From Lytechinus pictus (lineage: Eukaryota): 64,000 nucleotides of DNA. The translations under genes were made by a program, and so were the position numbers. Positions 12,301 through 23,926 of this stretch are shown here, piece after piece (the stretch's first letter is position 1; the number at the start of each line of letters is the position of its first letter). Where the stretch lies: assembly GCF_037042905.1 (NCBI RefSeq), contig NC_087245.1, forward strand, positions 33,482,001-33,546,000, read 5' to 3'. A model generated the notes under the pieces. That model searched no databases. It had not been told where the DNA came from and worked only from the letters and a program-made list of their open reading frames with translations.

Positions 12301-15300
12301 GATCAGGATTTAGCTGGACTGATCAAGAACAAGCTAGACTGATTGACAAATTGGAGAAGGAGGATGAAGGAGTAGGAGGAGGGATAGGAAGAGGAGGAGG
12401 AGGAAGAAGAAGAGGAGGCAGAGGGGAGGTTAACAAGAAAGAGAGGACAGGAGGGGGCGCAGGAAAGAAGTGGAAAAAAAGAGAGGAAGAGTTAGAAACA
12501 AAAGGGCAGTGTTGTGTCCAAGGCCGGCTTGTCAGAGGCCAAGGCCGGATCACCTGAGTTCAAGGCCAAGGCTGGATTGCCAGAGGTCAAAGACAAGGCC
12601 AAGGCTGACTCACCCAAGGCCAAGGCCGGAAGGGACGAGGCCAGACCAAGGCCGAATATTCCAATACAAGGCCGGCTGAGGCTGGAGAGCCAGGAAAAGG
12701 CCAGCCATGGCCAAATATTGTGATATTATTCGGTGGCAACGGCCACAGATTTCATAGGGACCCTAAATACCTGATCTTTGCCCAGTGATGCTCTTTGTTT
12801 TGGTTATGTATTGTTTTTCCACACCTCCATTAAAAAACATACACAGATGCTCATGTACACACTGGTATACATTATATACATGTACATATACAGTACACTC
12901 TTATAGTCCATACACACACACACCCACTCATACATAACCACTTACCCAATTAACCATATTATTAACCCTTTGAGGACGACTAGATTTTTTAAAATTTTGC
13001 CTCAGGTTTTTGGATTGTTATAAAATCAAATTGTCTCAGAGTCTACAGACAATTTTATTTCAAGACAGTCCAAAAGCCTGAGGCAAAGTCAAAGTTAGTT
13101 TGATGAAAAGTGGAATTCATTTTAAAATATTGTTGAATAATGTTGAACGTAAATTTCATAATGAGAATACTAAGAGATTGACATAATGGCGCACGCGCAT
13201 TGTAAAGTCGAGTCTCCATCACGTCATTGTCAGTGCAGCATGCATGCATTGGCTTTGACATTAAGAACAAAATAGAAAGGCTAAAGAAAGTAAGAGAGAA
13301 GAGCGTACTCATACAGGTGAATGGGCATGCTCGACAGTCGACTCTCTCCCCTTCTCTAGTTAAATAATATTTTAGACAAACTTACAACATATGGCATTTG
13401 CACACCCTAAAATTCTCCCGGCCTTGACCCGAGGATTGCGTCCGAGGCCGAGAATTAACCTCCGTCCTCGAGGACAAGTCCGAGGACGATTTTGCGGCCT
13501 TGAGGCCGGCCTCGAGACCCACAACACTGTAAAAGGGGGATGGGGAAGATCGAAGAGCTGTAACTGCAAGAAAAAAGGTTCTATGGATATCAAATATCTT
13601 CTGCATTAGATTTGGTTGGATTTCATTAAAACGTATGTTTATTGAATACCTCCAGTACACAACTAGTTAATCAACCAGTGACACAACATTTGCTCCCGCA
13701 ACAATTACTCCGGGCTTTAATTCTGTCAAAGATCTGGGGTTAGTGTTGCGATATGGTTCTACAGGGTATGTTAGGTTTAGGCTAGGGTATAGCCTTAAAC
13801 CTAGGGTTGAAGTTTGTCATTTGATTAGTGTGTGGAATTTAGAGCAGAGGAATTGTCGCAGGAGGAAATGTCATGGAAGCAATCAAACCTCCAATACATA
13901 GTTGTACTTGTCAGCTATTCATTCTCTTTCAAATCACTGTGAGCTGCATGTACAGAAATGTTTTGATTTTCATTTCCTTGTAATAAGATATTCTATTTTT
14001 AAGCGGACTTTCCATTAGCCCACGATTTATTGATTAATGGATTTTAATTTCTTTTGCTGCTACTGCAAATGGCTTTTCGTATGCATTAATAAATCTTTGT
14101 TATGAAGAAAGTAATTGAAACCATCACTGACATTTTCCTTTTTCTCAATTCATTATCAATAAGGTAGCATTTTTAAGTTATTCAAATGCTCTGTTAAAAG
14201 ATCATTTAAATGAAGACTTGTCTGCTTTTCCTTTCGTACCTTTGCCTTCATGTCATCTGATATCCTGTCCAATTGACATTATTATGCATATATTTGGGGA
14301 AATGTGTTTTTCTTTTTAAGTATTGAAAAATTCTGTGGTAATTTGCATTAAAAAATGAAATACTGTAATATGCAACTTATGATTCCACAGTGGATATGTT
14401 CACACAAATTAATCCTAAAATGTGCATGGACTATTCACTCATATATCCATGATTTGTTGATCCACTTTTTATTATCTTTTTTATTTAGTCTTTGGAATTT
14501 CAGAGATTTTGATTGCTCTTGCTTTTTTATTTCATTTAAATACATGTACATGTATTGATATTATCTTTAATTACTTTTTAGTGACATTCCAATATTAAAA
14601 AAGTAAATAGATAACTAGCTATTTCATAGATATTGTGTTCTTACTTTCCAGTTCAGCCTACAAACATCTCACCTTGTTTACTATTTTCTTGACAGCATGA
14701 CAATTTGAAAATGGTCTGATGTATAAGAAAAATACTCCTTGTACTGTATATTGCATTTTCGTTGCTGATATATATATATATATATATTTTTTTTTTGCAG
14801 AAAATTCCAGTACCAGATGATTATGACAAACACAATCCTGAACACAGACATATCTACAAGTTTATTCGCATGTTATTCAATGCAGCTCAGCTCACAGCAG
14901 AATGTGCAATAGTTACATTAGTAAGTATGAATGAAGAGCGACTTCTAATCAACTGATCTTCAAAATAAGTGAAAGGGGGCAGTGGTCTTAAGGGTAAATT
15001 GCCAATTCGTCTACTGCCAACTCATCCACTCACCACATGGTCTACTTCCATTTTAATAGTCTAATGCCATTTGGTCCATTAACCATTTGGTCCAGTCATC
15101 ACTTCGTCTAATTACCATTTCGTCCCATAACCAGTTGGTCTGATATCCATTTCATTCCGTTGTCAATCGTCAAATCATGTGCTGGAGCTTGTAGTGGAAG
15201 TAGTGAGATGATCATTTAGCATGATATCATTGAACTGATTTGGAAGGGTCAAAATGTTTTGCCACCGCGACAAGAATCGGCCGTAAACTTAGTGTATATC

Positions 15301-18300
15301 GGGTGGTCGGTTTCAAAAGAAGGGTGCAAATGAGCGAATGTAAAATCATCGCATTCCTTGTTTGCCGATATATACGCAAATAGAATCGGAGTCGTCGATC
15401 GAAACATGGGAATCTGATCTAATTTTCTGCACAAATGAGACAAAAACTAGGTAAAACTGATAAATATTTTGGCAAATACGATGCTTCGAACATTAGGTGG
15501 TCGATACGGGGTAGTTCCAACCATACTGTAGGCTTCACCAAGGGATCAAGCAAACAAAAAAAGATTTTTCATTTTCAGGGGCTACTTTTCACAACCTACT
15601 GCCTAAATCTGCAACATTGAATAAGCTTACTACTTTAACATTGAGAGAATGAAAAAAGGGGGCATAATTGCCATTGTGATTTTTTTCCTGCCTGGGATAA
15701 TCTTGCAAAGCTGTTGATTATGATTACTTTCCTGTTTGATATTACATCATTATCATTTTTAATAATGGAGCCTTTGATGTTATTCTTATTTTTATCTGCA
15801 GGTGTATTTAGAGAGATTATTAACATATGCTGAAATTAACATTACGCCTAGCAACTGGAAACGAATGGTCCTTGGTGCTATCCTATTAGCTTCCAAAGTA
15901 TGGGACGACCAAGCAGTCTGGAATGTAGACTACTGTCAGATTCTAAGAGAACTAACAGTAGAAGATATGTGAGTATCAATTATTATATTCCGCATACTAA
16001 GAATCTTGTTATTGGATTGGTCAGAAGTCGGTCATGTGATAAAGGGAAGTTTCCCCCATCAATCATCACTCGCAGTGATGGAACTTTTGTGTTTCGCTGA
16101 TCTTTTTCAGGCCATAGGGTCATAACGTGTTATGAATTAGTTTAAGTATGCGTGAAATGAAGCTATGGAATCCATTGCCACTCGATTTTTTATTGTCCAT
16201 CATTCTCCATCACCTGCAGTGATGATTGCGCAAGATCTAGATGCATGCCTGCAGTGTACATACGCGCTAGCTGTAAAACTTTGCGCAAAGTAAAAGTGCA
16301 TTGCCCCTCGATTGTTTTTTGTGACGGTAAAATGCCTTTGTCAGGTCACAATAAATCTTGCTTGAGCAAGATCACAGATGCATGGGCACAGTTTACATAT
16401 GCGCTAGCATTAAAACAAGCATAATCGTCTGAATGTATTTTTTCTTTCAAAGGAAACCTTGATTTTTTTTCAAACAAATTTCTTCTTTATAGAGATATCG
16501 GTTTCATCGTGGTTCTCGATGCAGGATATAAAGCATATAATCTCCTCTTGATTTCAGGTGACGAGGCACACTATCAATTCCTCGGCAAGCTGGATGTAAC
16601 CGCTATCTTTTCTCGGCTTCGCTTCGGAAAGATAGCTATATCCAGTTTGCCTCGAAAGTGATAGTTTGCCCATCACCTTCACCAACAGTGATTATTTGCT
16701 TTTTATTCATTTAGGTTCATGATTCAAGATTCAAGATTCAAGATTTATTAAAACATATGATCGCAGCTTGTTAAGCTGAATTGACAAATGTTTTACAAAA
16801 GAGCATAGAAATATACATAAAATCAACAAAAAGTAATGTTACAAAAGAGTCATGAAATTACAAAAACAATTGCGGTATAATCATGATAATAATGAAGTGA
16901 TCTTAGTTTTGGAAAGCTTTGAAAAAAGTACATATGTTGGAAAAAAATTCACTAAATATAAAATTATTGTGATGTAATATGGGTTTAAAGAAGAATTGAA
17001 AGAAAATTTGTTATAACGGCTTTAAGTAGATTCAGTATTGACAATTGAAAATGAGAAAAGAGCATCAAAAATTACTGTCTAATGGGAGAGTAACTTAAGG
17101 AAAGTAAGAGAAATAAAATCGGGAGAAATCAAGAACAAATTACCACACAATTATGCTAGATTAATGAGACTGTAAACTAATAAGAAACATTTTCAATATG
17201 CATGTACAGGAAATAATGGATACAATGATTGCCATGGTAATTAAAAGTGTAAAAAATAATTTAAGAACAAAATATATACACCTGTACCACCAGTCAGCCA
17301 CTTCTAACTCACCACTACACCACAAACAGAAAACAACAGACTCGGTCCACCCGGGGTCCACTGCTCTCATGTACTATAATGTGCAAACGACTTTCACTAG
17401 AGCATGTGTAGATCACTTTTTTCATTGAAAATACTGAAGTACAATTTTTTCTTTGAAAGAATCAAATTTTTGAAAGAAAAGGAAAAATTAAACATATTCA
17501 TGGATCCAATAATATCAAGGGAGACCCATCACGAAGGGTAAGAACATTAGGCAAGAGTTACTTGCCTGCTTTTGTCCTTACGGTAATGTGAATTGATATA
17601 CAGTAAAATCTGTACTTCTCCCATGCAAAATCATCTATTCAGTGAATTAAACCCAAACATGAATGGATAGTATCTGAATTAACCTATTAAAGCGGTTTTT
17701 AATTTTCTTTCAGGAATGAATTAGAGCGTCAGTTCCTAGAACTTCTCCAATTCAACATCAATGTGTCAGCCAGTGTATATGCTAAGTACTACTTTGACCT
17801 CCGAGAACTTGCAGACACCCACGAACTTGCCTTCCCACTTGAACCACTCAGTACAGAACGAGCCCAGAAACTAGAGGTAAGAAACACGTTATTATGAATA
17901 GTACAAAAAAGTTGTTAAAGCTCATCAGATGAATGTTCAGTATGACACCATGTGCATGTAACTGTCCATTCCTTCCGTACCTCGTGTCCGTTCTAATAAA
18001 GTGGCATGCCTGAGTCTGACGTTGCCCATCAAAATGTGTTCCCCTCCTTTCTTAGCATCAGCCTGTGATGTCAGTGGGCTGTATGACAGTAGCATCACTA
18101 AGCCAAGAGAGGAATGTCGAGCGCTGCCATCCACATGCCTTCTTTCCTTCTATAGCACCAGTAAGGGCCACTGTCTCTCAAGCATTCTTACGGAGAATGT
18201 GGCCCAAGAAGCGTATCTTTCGAGTTTTTTTAAATTTTATTTTAAACAAGTGCGCACCAAGTTACCAATAATGCATATAGCATTTCCATTTATTTGAAAG

Positions 18301-21300
18301 CAGGATGAAAGAGCAATGTACAATAAATGCTTTGCTCACAGGCATAGGTGCCACGGCCGGGGATCGAACCCCGGACTTTCTATGTATAGCCAGGCGCCTT
18401 AGACCATTCGGACACGGCACCTCCTCCGGTATCTTTCGAGTTGCTATATTACGTAGTAAAGAACAGGATGATATGGCCTCTTCAAGGACATCTACATTGC
18501 TGACATGATCAGTCCAGGAAAATTTGGTCATTCTGCGCAAAAATCACATTTCAACAGCTTCCAAGCATTGTTGCATGGTGTTGTTAAGAGTCCAATATTC
18601 ACATCCATACCTCATGTACTAGGAACAAAACATAAAACATTCTTAAATTAGGTAACCAGGGGCCTTAGGTATCGTGCCCCCTATTTTGCTTGCCTTTTAA
18701 CAGACTGACCCACAGAATCCCGCCTAGTTTTACATTTTGGTTCAAAATTGATGTGCTGATTGATACTTATTTTCAGCACTTTACTATTTTTGAAATAAAG
18801 TACTAGCGAATGGTTCGGTTGATGTTGTAAGCATAGGGCACTTGTGCGAGACCTACCCATGATTTCCATTTAGGTCAGAACTTCCCTATTATACCCCCCC
18901 CCCTCTGTTATGGTAAATAAACATTTTTTATAGTCGTCATGTGGTGTTGCTGTGATACCTGTGTGCATCTCTCTGATGTGTATACATATGAATACAAACA
19001 TGCATGCATGCATGGCATTTGATATGCATGCAGCAGCTGTGTTGTTTAATAGAACATTGCACATTGAAAGGCCTTTTGTGCATCTTTTAATTGTACTCTT
19101 AGACTTATTACAGGGCTTGTTATTGGACTTGTCTCCAACTTCATATTGATTTTAGTTGACCTATTTTTCGGATCAAATGATTCATACACAAAATGCTTAA
19201 TACAAGTACGGTATAAAGGATTGAATTATTCTTAGATGAAGAAAACTTGGAATGCTCGTGTTTTTAATTCAAGAAAATATATATTGGTGGACAGTAGAGG
19301 GAGTCAACATCATTGTAAAATGGTATTGATTATGATATCCATTGCAGCATATTGCATACCAGCATATTGCGCTTCTGTTACTTATGTTTTGTATTTCAGT
19401 TTTTTATTAAGTCACCCAGACTTTTATTACATTACAAAATCTAAATGGAGTACAATTTGGCAAGATATCTATTTATAAAGAGTGTCTTCAGAATTTGTCT
19501 TCATTGCTTATTTTAAGGATTCAACCTCACAATTTGATTCAATATTCTAGTCATTTCATTTGTGTTGCATGAACTTCGTGACCCGAATGTTGTTCATTTA
19601 TACATGGAAGCAGAAATACATGTATGTTTGGTTTGAAAATAAGGCTTTAGGGGCTTCATGTACATATGGTTATTTTTGCTTGTATTGTACCCCAGATGTA
19701 AAAAAAAAAATATTTACTTGATACAATATGATAGAAATATACCAATATACAGTAAGCCCTCTCATAGTCATGTTTTTATATTTATTTGAAAATAACCCTA
19801 TGTAGAAACATATAAGAATTAAATCATAAAATTTTCATCCCATTCCATGGTTGATAATGTTTCTTTTTTTTAAATAAACAATACAAAATATGCAGATATG
19901 TCATTTTGATTTTGTAAAATAAGTATTTATCTAATAAGATACATATCCTCCTCATAATAAGGCACACATGATCGTAGTCTAGTAATGAAATGAAAAGGTG
20001 ACATGCACTATGGGGAGATTTACCAACGCTATAGATAGACTTAACGGCTACATAGAATGACAAAGTTTTAAATTGGTTTATATGAAATTCATTGTTTGTT
20101 AAAAGGAAAAGGCAATTTTTATGAAATGTAACAATCACTTCCAAAATAGCAATGATGTTGATGTCTATGAACCACAACATTACAGTGGTTGTAAAAAAAA
20201 ATGGATCCAAGTGTATATAGTGTTCAAAACAAAATTTTGCGAAAACACATATAAATAGGACATTGATTATCTCTGGAAATTAAAACATTTATTGTACTGT
20301 AATTCAGATTGGTTTTGGTTTCTAATACTTTTGCAGTTGATTATATCATCCATTTACAAACTCCTGTTTCGGTTTCCAATACATGTAGGACTGTGTTTAT
20401 TCCGTCATGTGATCATAATCATTAATATGAGTTGAATAGATCTATTCTTAATATAAGGTTTCGTATCTATTGATCAAGATGTTGTACTACAGAAATGATG
20501 AATTACTCAGCACTCTGGTTGAAACTAAAAAAAAAATAAATGTAATGGTTTATTATGGCTATGGCATTGCTTGACCTTTTTTTTTTAAAAATAAAGTGTC
20601 TCCTCTCATGTCTCAGAGCAATGAGAGCATGTTATGTTGCTATGTGCATGTGCAGTGGTACAGACATACCTTGATATATGAATGAATGAATTTATTTATT
20701 ATCCAATGCAATGATAATTACAAGTTTACAGCCAATCAGTTATGAATACATAGAAAAGCAAGGATAATACAATGAAGGAACCAGAAAATAGCATGAATGC
20801 TAGTCAAGTCTGGTCCCTTCTAGTTTAGATAGAAAGAAACATGTTTCTTAACTTGTTACTTAAGAATGAACACTCGTAAGTCTACTAAATATACTCTGTA
20901 ATATATAAACAATGACTACATAACAATTTAACAAAAACTAACAGTATACATGTGCTGTAGTATGTTGATTGAAAAAAAAGAAATCAGTATAGTGTATATT
21001 TGCCTTGTTATCTTGTGATGCATGGCTTGTTTGTTGCAGTTTACTTATCTGCATGTTATGTACCATACATTGAAAAAAAGAAATTCTTCCAGCTGAATGT
21101 TTAAAGGAGTTTTAAAACCAAAGGCAAGAAAAAATGTATGAGAATTTTGTTACTCTTAAAGGGGAATGAAACCCTTGGAAGAAGTGGGCTTGTGTGGAAA
21201 GAGAAAAAAATCAAAGAATAAGATCAAAGAAATTGGAGAAAATTTGACAAATAATGAGAAAGTTATGGGCATTTGAATATTGCGATCACTTATGCTATGG

Positions 21301-22555
21301 AGATCCTCCTATTGGCAATGCGAACAACTTTCCCTTTGATGGACTATAAAATACCCCCGAAATGTCTCTTTTTGCTCTTTTGGTCTTTTACAAACTCTTT
21401 GAAAATGTGTATTACAAGCTCTCCTATAGAAATGATTTATGATCTACTGATAGATGTGATAAAAGAGGCATTTTAAGTGAAATATATACAAAGCAATGGG
21501 AAAGTTGTTCACATGTGATATCACACATCTTTGTCGCATTGCCAATAGGAGGATCTACATTACAATAATGATCTAAACTTCAAATGCTGATAACTTTCTT
21601 ATTATTCATTCAATTTTTCTAAAACTTTCGTTGATCTGTTTCTTTCACACAAGCTACATGCATCTTGCTCCAAAGGTTTCATTTTCCTTTAAAGCTTTGT
21701 GAAACGTCCCCTGGAAACACTCAACCATTACAATTCACTATTGAACGGTCTATTGTGAAATTCATTGAGTGCTTCCAGGGGATGTTTCACAAAGTTTTAA
21801 GTGTGACTTACAGTCGTACTAGTAGATTCCCAGTTGCATAGTATATGTACAGTACCAGTCACAGTTCTCTGACTCACGTGTATCTGTTATTGTTTGCACA
21901 GACCGGTCAAACCGGGTATCGCGTTGTATATTAACACTTCAATGCATTGTTCAGATCATGCTAAAAGGGCATGCACTACTGCGTATTAATTAATAAGATT
22001 GCGTGTTAAATATCATGTGCTCGTAGACATACCGGTAAGCATTCAAGTATAACTGTAAGTCACACTAATTCACACTTTAATCTTTGTGAAACATCCCTAG
22101 GTCTGTCAAGGAATATTGGCAGCATTCAAGGCATTTGTTTATATAGTGATACATGTATGTACTTGTATGCGAATAATCATATTTTTTTCCACCAAAGTTG
22201 AATGCTATTCAGAATAGACTAACAACGAAACAATGTCCATGTTGGTCATAGGTGGGACGCTTCCAAACTAGAAGAAAAGAATGTACAGTTTATTGGGCAA
22301 TGAATCAGATGTGTCACTTTGTCAGTGCAAATACATGTATTGTCATGTTATAAAGTTCCTGAAGGCCCAAAAAAGAAATTACATGTAACCTTGAAAACAG
22401 CACACAAACCAGCTTGGTCTGTTCTCCAACAGGTATTCTCTAAACCAACAGAGGACAAACCCAGAGACGTTCCATCCCACACCAGTGTAAAGAGATCACG
22501 GAGTGCCGACAGTATCCAAGTAGTGCCTCGATTCTCAAACGCCATAATCTCGTGA
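4471..22555 (+). CDS. CCNY: Cyclin Y, 347 aa; join(4471..4645,9937..10005,10669..10807,11230..11317,14801..14920,15802..15968,17714..17876,22433..22555)
   Basis: All introns are GT-AG with consistent phases, and the CDS is 1044 nt. Hallmark CCNY motifs are present: MGNKHSCGC (G2 myristoylation), [28 protein letters not shown], cyclin box [21 protein letters not shown]...[30 protein letters not shown], and C-terminal KRSRSAD...AIIS. Confidence 0.97.
5041..5837. mobile_element. hAT-like MITE
   Basis: TIR TAGGGACAGGGATTTTCC / GGAAAATCACTCTCCCTA; direct repeat CTTGAC on both flanks. Confidence 0.65.
6950..7526. mobile_element. Non-autonomous DNA transposon with poly-G/poly-C TIRs
   Basis: TIR CCCGGG(G)nGCCACTT / AAGTGGCCCCCCCGGG; perfect 8-bp TSD GCTGTGTC; internal 31-bp tandem repeat at about 7063-7141. 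Confidence 0.8.
9065..9368. repeat. (TAC)n/(TAT)n microsatellite
   Basis: Read directly from the sequence. Confidence 0.95.
9937..10005 (+). CDS. CCNY: CCNY coding exon 2
   Basis: [23 protein letters not shown]; ccag acceptor and GTATG donor. Confidence 0.92.
   Translation, partial: RIYWIHQYTQGLVPFSSQRQNH
10669..10807 (+). CDS. CCNY: CCNY coding exon 3
   Basis: DIVQDRR...[31 protein letters not shown] donor. Confidence 0.93.
11230..11317 (+). CDS. CCNY: CCNY coding exon 4
   Basis: [36 protein letters not shown] donor. Confidence 0.95.
11590..12343. repeat. 20-bp minisatellite (consensus about GACTGATCAGGATCTAGCTA)
   Basis: About 30 variant units with a recurring higher-order order of variants; interrupted by a MITE. 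Confidence 0.92.
11764..11926. mobile_element. MITE with CWG-flanked ends, inserted in the minisatellite
   Basis: TIR CTGGGGAGTGTTTCAT / ATGAAACGCCCCCCAG. Confidence 0.75.
12507..13529. mobile_element. hAT-like non-autonomous element with GGCCAAGGCC/GAGGCC subterminal repeats
   Basis: TIR CAGTGTTGTG / CACAACACTG; 8-bp TSD CAAAAGGG/TAAAAGGG. Confidence 0.72.
14801..14920 (+). CDS. CCNY: CCNY coding exon 5
   Basis: [46 protein letters not shown] donor. Confidence 0.96.
15802..15968 (+). CDS. CCNY: CCNY coding exon 6
   Basis: [61 protein letters not shown] donor. Confidence 0.96.
16721..17400 (-). mobile_element. LINE 3' remnant (CR1/L2-like); extent approximate
   Basis: Minus-strand AATAAA followed by a (TCTTGAA)n tail at 16721-16749. 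Confidence 0.45.
17714..17876 (+). CDS. CCNY: CCNY coding exon 7
   Basis: [60 protein letters not shown] donor. Confidence 0.96.
18150..18424 (-). mobile_element. tRNA-derived SINE; 3' end approximate
   Basis: The minus strand reads GGAGGTGCCGTGTCCGAATGG (A box)...GGGGTTCGATCCCC (B box), followed by a CCTGTGAGCAAAGCATTTA core. Confidence 0.75.
18430..18640 (-). mobile_element. RTE-type LINE C-terminal fragment
   Basis: The translation [21 protein letters not shown] resembles the RTE ORF C-terminal motif. Confidence 0.5.
21160..21688. mobile_element. TTAA-TSD MITE (Kolobok-like)
   Basis: TTAA|AGGGGAATGAAACC ... GGTTTCATTTTCCT|TTAA; paralogous to 52727-53310. Confidence 0.8.
21776..22100. 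mobile_element. MITE with CWG-type ends
   Basis: TIR GGGATGTTTCACAAAG / CTTTGTGAAACATCCC. Confidence 0.7.
22433..22555 (+). CDS. CCNY: CCNY coding exon 8 (last)
   Basis: [40 protein letters not shown]; matches the CCNY C-terminus. Confidence 0.93.
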   Translation, partial: VFSKPTEDKPRDVPSHTSVKRSRSADSIQVVPRFSNAIIS

Positions 22556-23002
22556 TGAAGGCTCGTGTCTTGCGGAGTCTGTCATCGTGTGTTGGGGGTG
22601 CCATCTCATGATCAGTTCGGTCATCGTGCGATGAGTGACATCATTATGCTGCGTTCAGCAGAAGCGGTGGAGCCTGTATCCAGTGGAAAGCGCCCTCTGT
22701 CGAGTACAGCCATCAGGTACCCTGGGTCACATAGGGTAGAACACTGCTTACATTACAGTCCCAGCTCATCGTGATAGGTGATGTCATGTGATGAATGTCC
22801 TGTTATTTATGAACCAACCAAAGCCAAATCTGTTATGAATGCTTTACGGTAGCTCAGATTGGTAGGAAACTCAGAGAATATACGTGTAGTTTTGAAAAAA
22901 AAAACAAGGGACCAAAGATTTCCCTCCTGCTTTATACTCTTCAAATCAGGGCCTTGCTTTTATGAAAATATGGCTTGGAATCTGAACTTCATGCTAACTT
23001 AA

Positions 23003-23926
23003 GGATGTTCCACAGTTAAAGTGAAATCCATGTCATTTTCGCCAAACTTTGCACATAGATACTTTAGAACCTTAATATTCGAAATATGCAAAAATTAACA
23101 TAGGTCCATGTGCTTGATTTTTTGCTATAGAGCTTCAAAGTTCACCCAAATTGATGTTGTTAAGAATCGCGCATTCAAAAGAATTTGGCATTTTTAGACC
23201 TCGCAAGATTACTACAATGAGTTTAAACCTCTATTACTCAGTCAAAATACATGAAAAAGTCATCAAATTTCGCAAGAGAGTTAATACTTGTATCGTTAGA
23301 ATGGAGAATCTATTTATAGTGCTATTTGTTTGCAGTTTTAAGTCTAACAGCACTGTCAGTTCTTAAAATGGCGTAAAAGTTAACAAAAACCCAATCTAAA
23401 CAAATGTGAAATTTCAATAACATACTACAAAAGTACAATAAATGCTGCACTTTATTCAAAATCCATGTCATTTTCACCAAAATTTGCAAAGTTGTAGAGG
23501 AAGGTATACCTAAGAGGTACAAACATTAAAAAATGGGGGTTCATGTGCTTGTTTTTAAACTATCAGCATTTTTATTAGAGCAAATGTGCTTTTTAAAACA
23601 CAAAAAATGTGCCGAACGCTTTTTATCTATGTGAAGAAAAAATCAAAACCACTCTACCATTTATTCAAACTCGGGGACTTATTCGTGATTCTTGGCAGCA
23701 CTGCAGAGTAAAGTATTTTGAAATTGTAGAGATGTTTTTTAAAATGGTCTATGGAATAATTCAATTTTTTAGCTTCATAAGATAATGCATCGGATCTGCA
23801 GATGATGAGAAAAATCAGCTCATATCCAGAGCTAATTAATCACCCGTTCATCCATTGTGACGTCAGCGCGCAGAGTGTAAACTATGCGCAGATCATAATG
23901 CGCACAAACATAACTGTGGAACGTCC
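23003..23926. mobile_element. TTAA-TSD non-autonomous element (Kolobok-like), downstream of the CCNY stop
   Basis: TTAA|GGATGTTCCACAGTTA ... TAACTGTGGAACGTCC|TTAA. Confidence 0.8.

Noticed and set aside
11590..12343. Possible CRISPR array
   Set aside because: The units are contiguous with no unique spacers, there are no cas genes, and the context is a eukaryotic intron.
12323..12723. Cluster of G/R/E/K/A-rich ORFs
   Set aside because: They arise from a polypurine tract and the GGCCAA subterminal repeats of a hAT-like element.
18345..18424. Functional tRNA gene
   Set aside because: It continues into a SINE core with no terminator, and the cloverleaf is poor.
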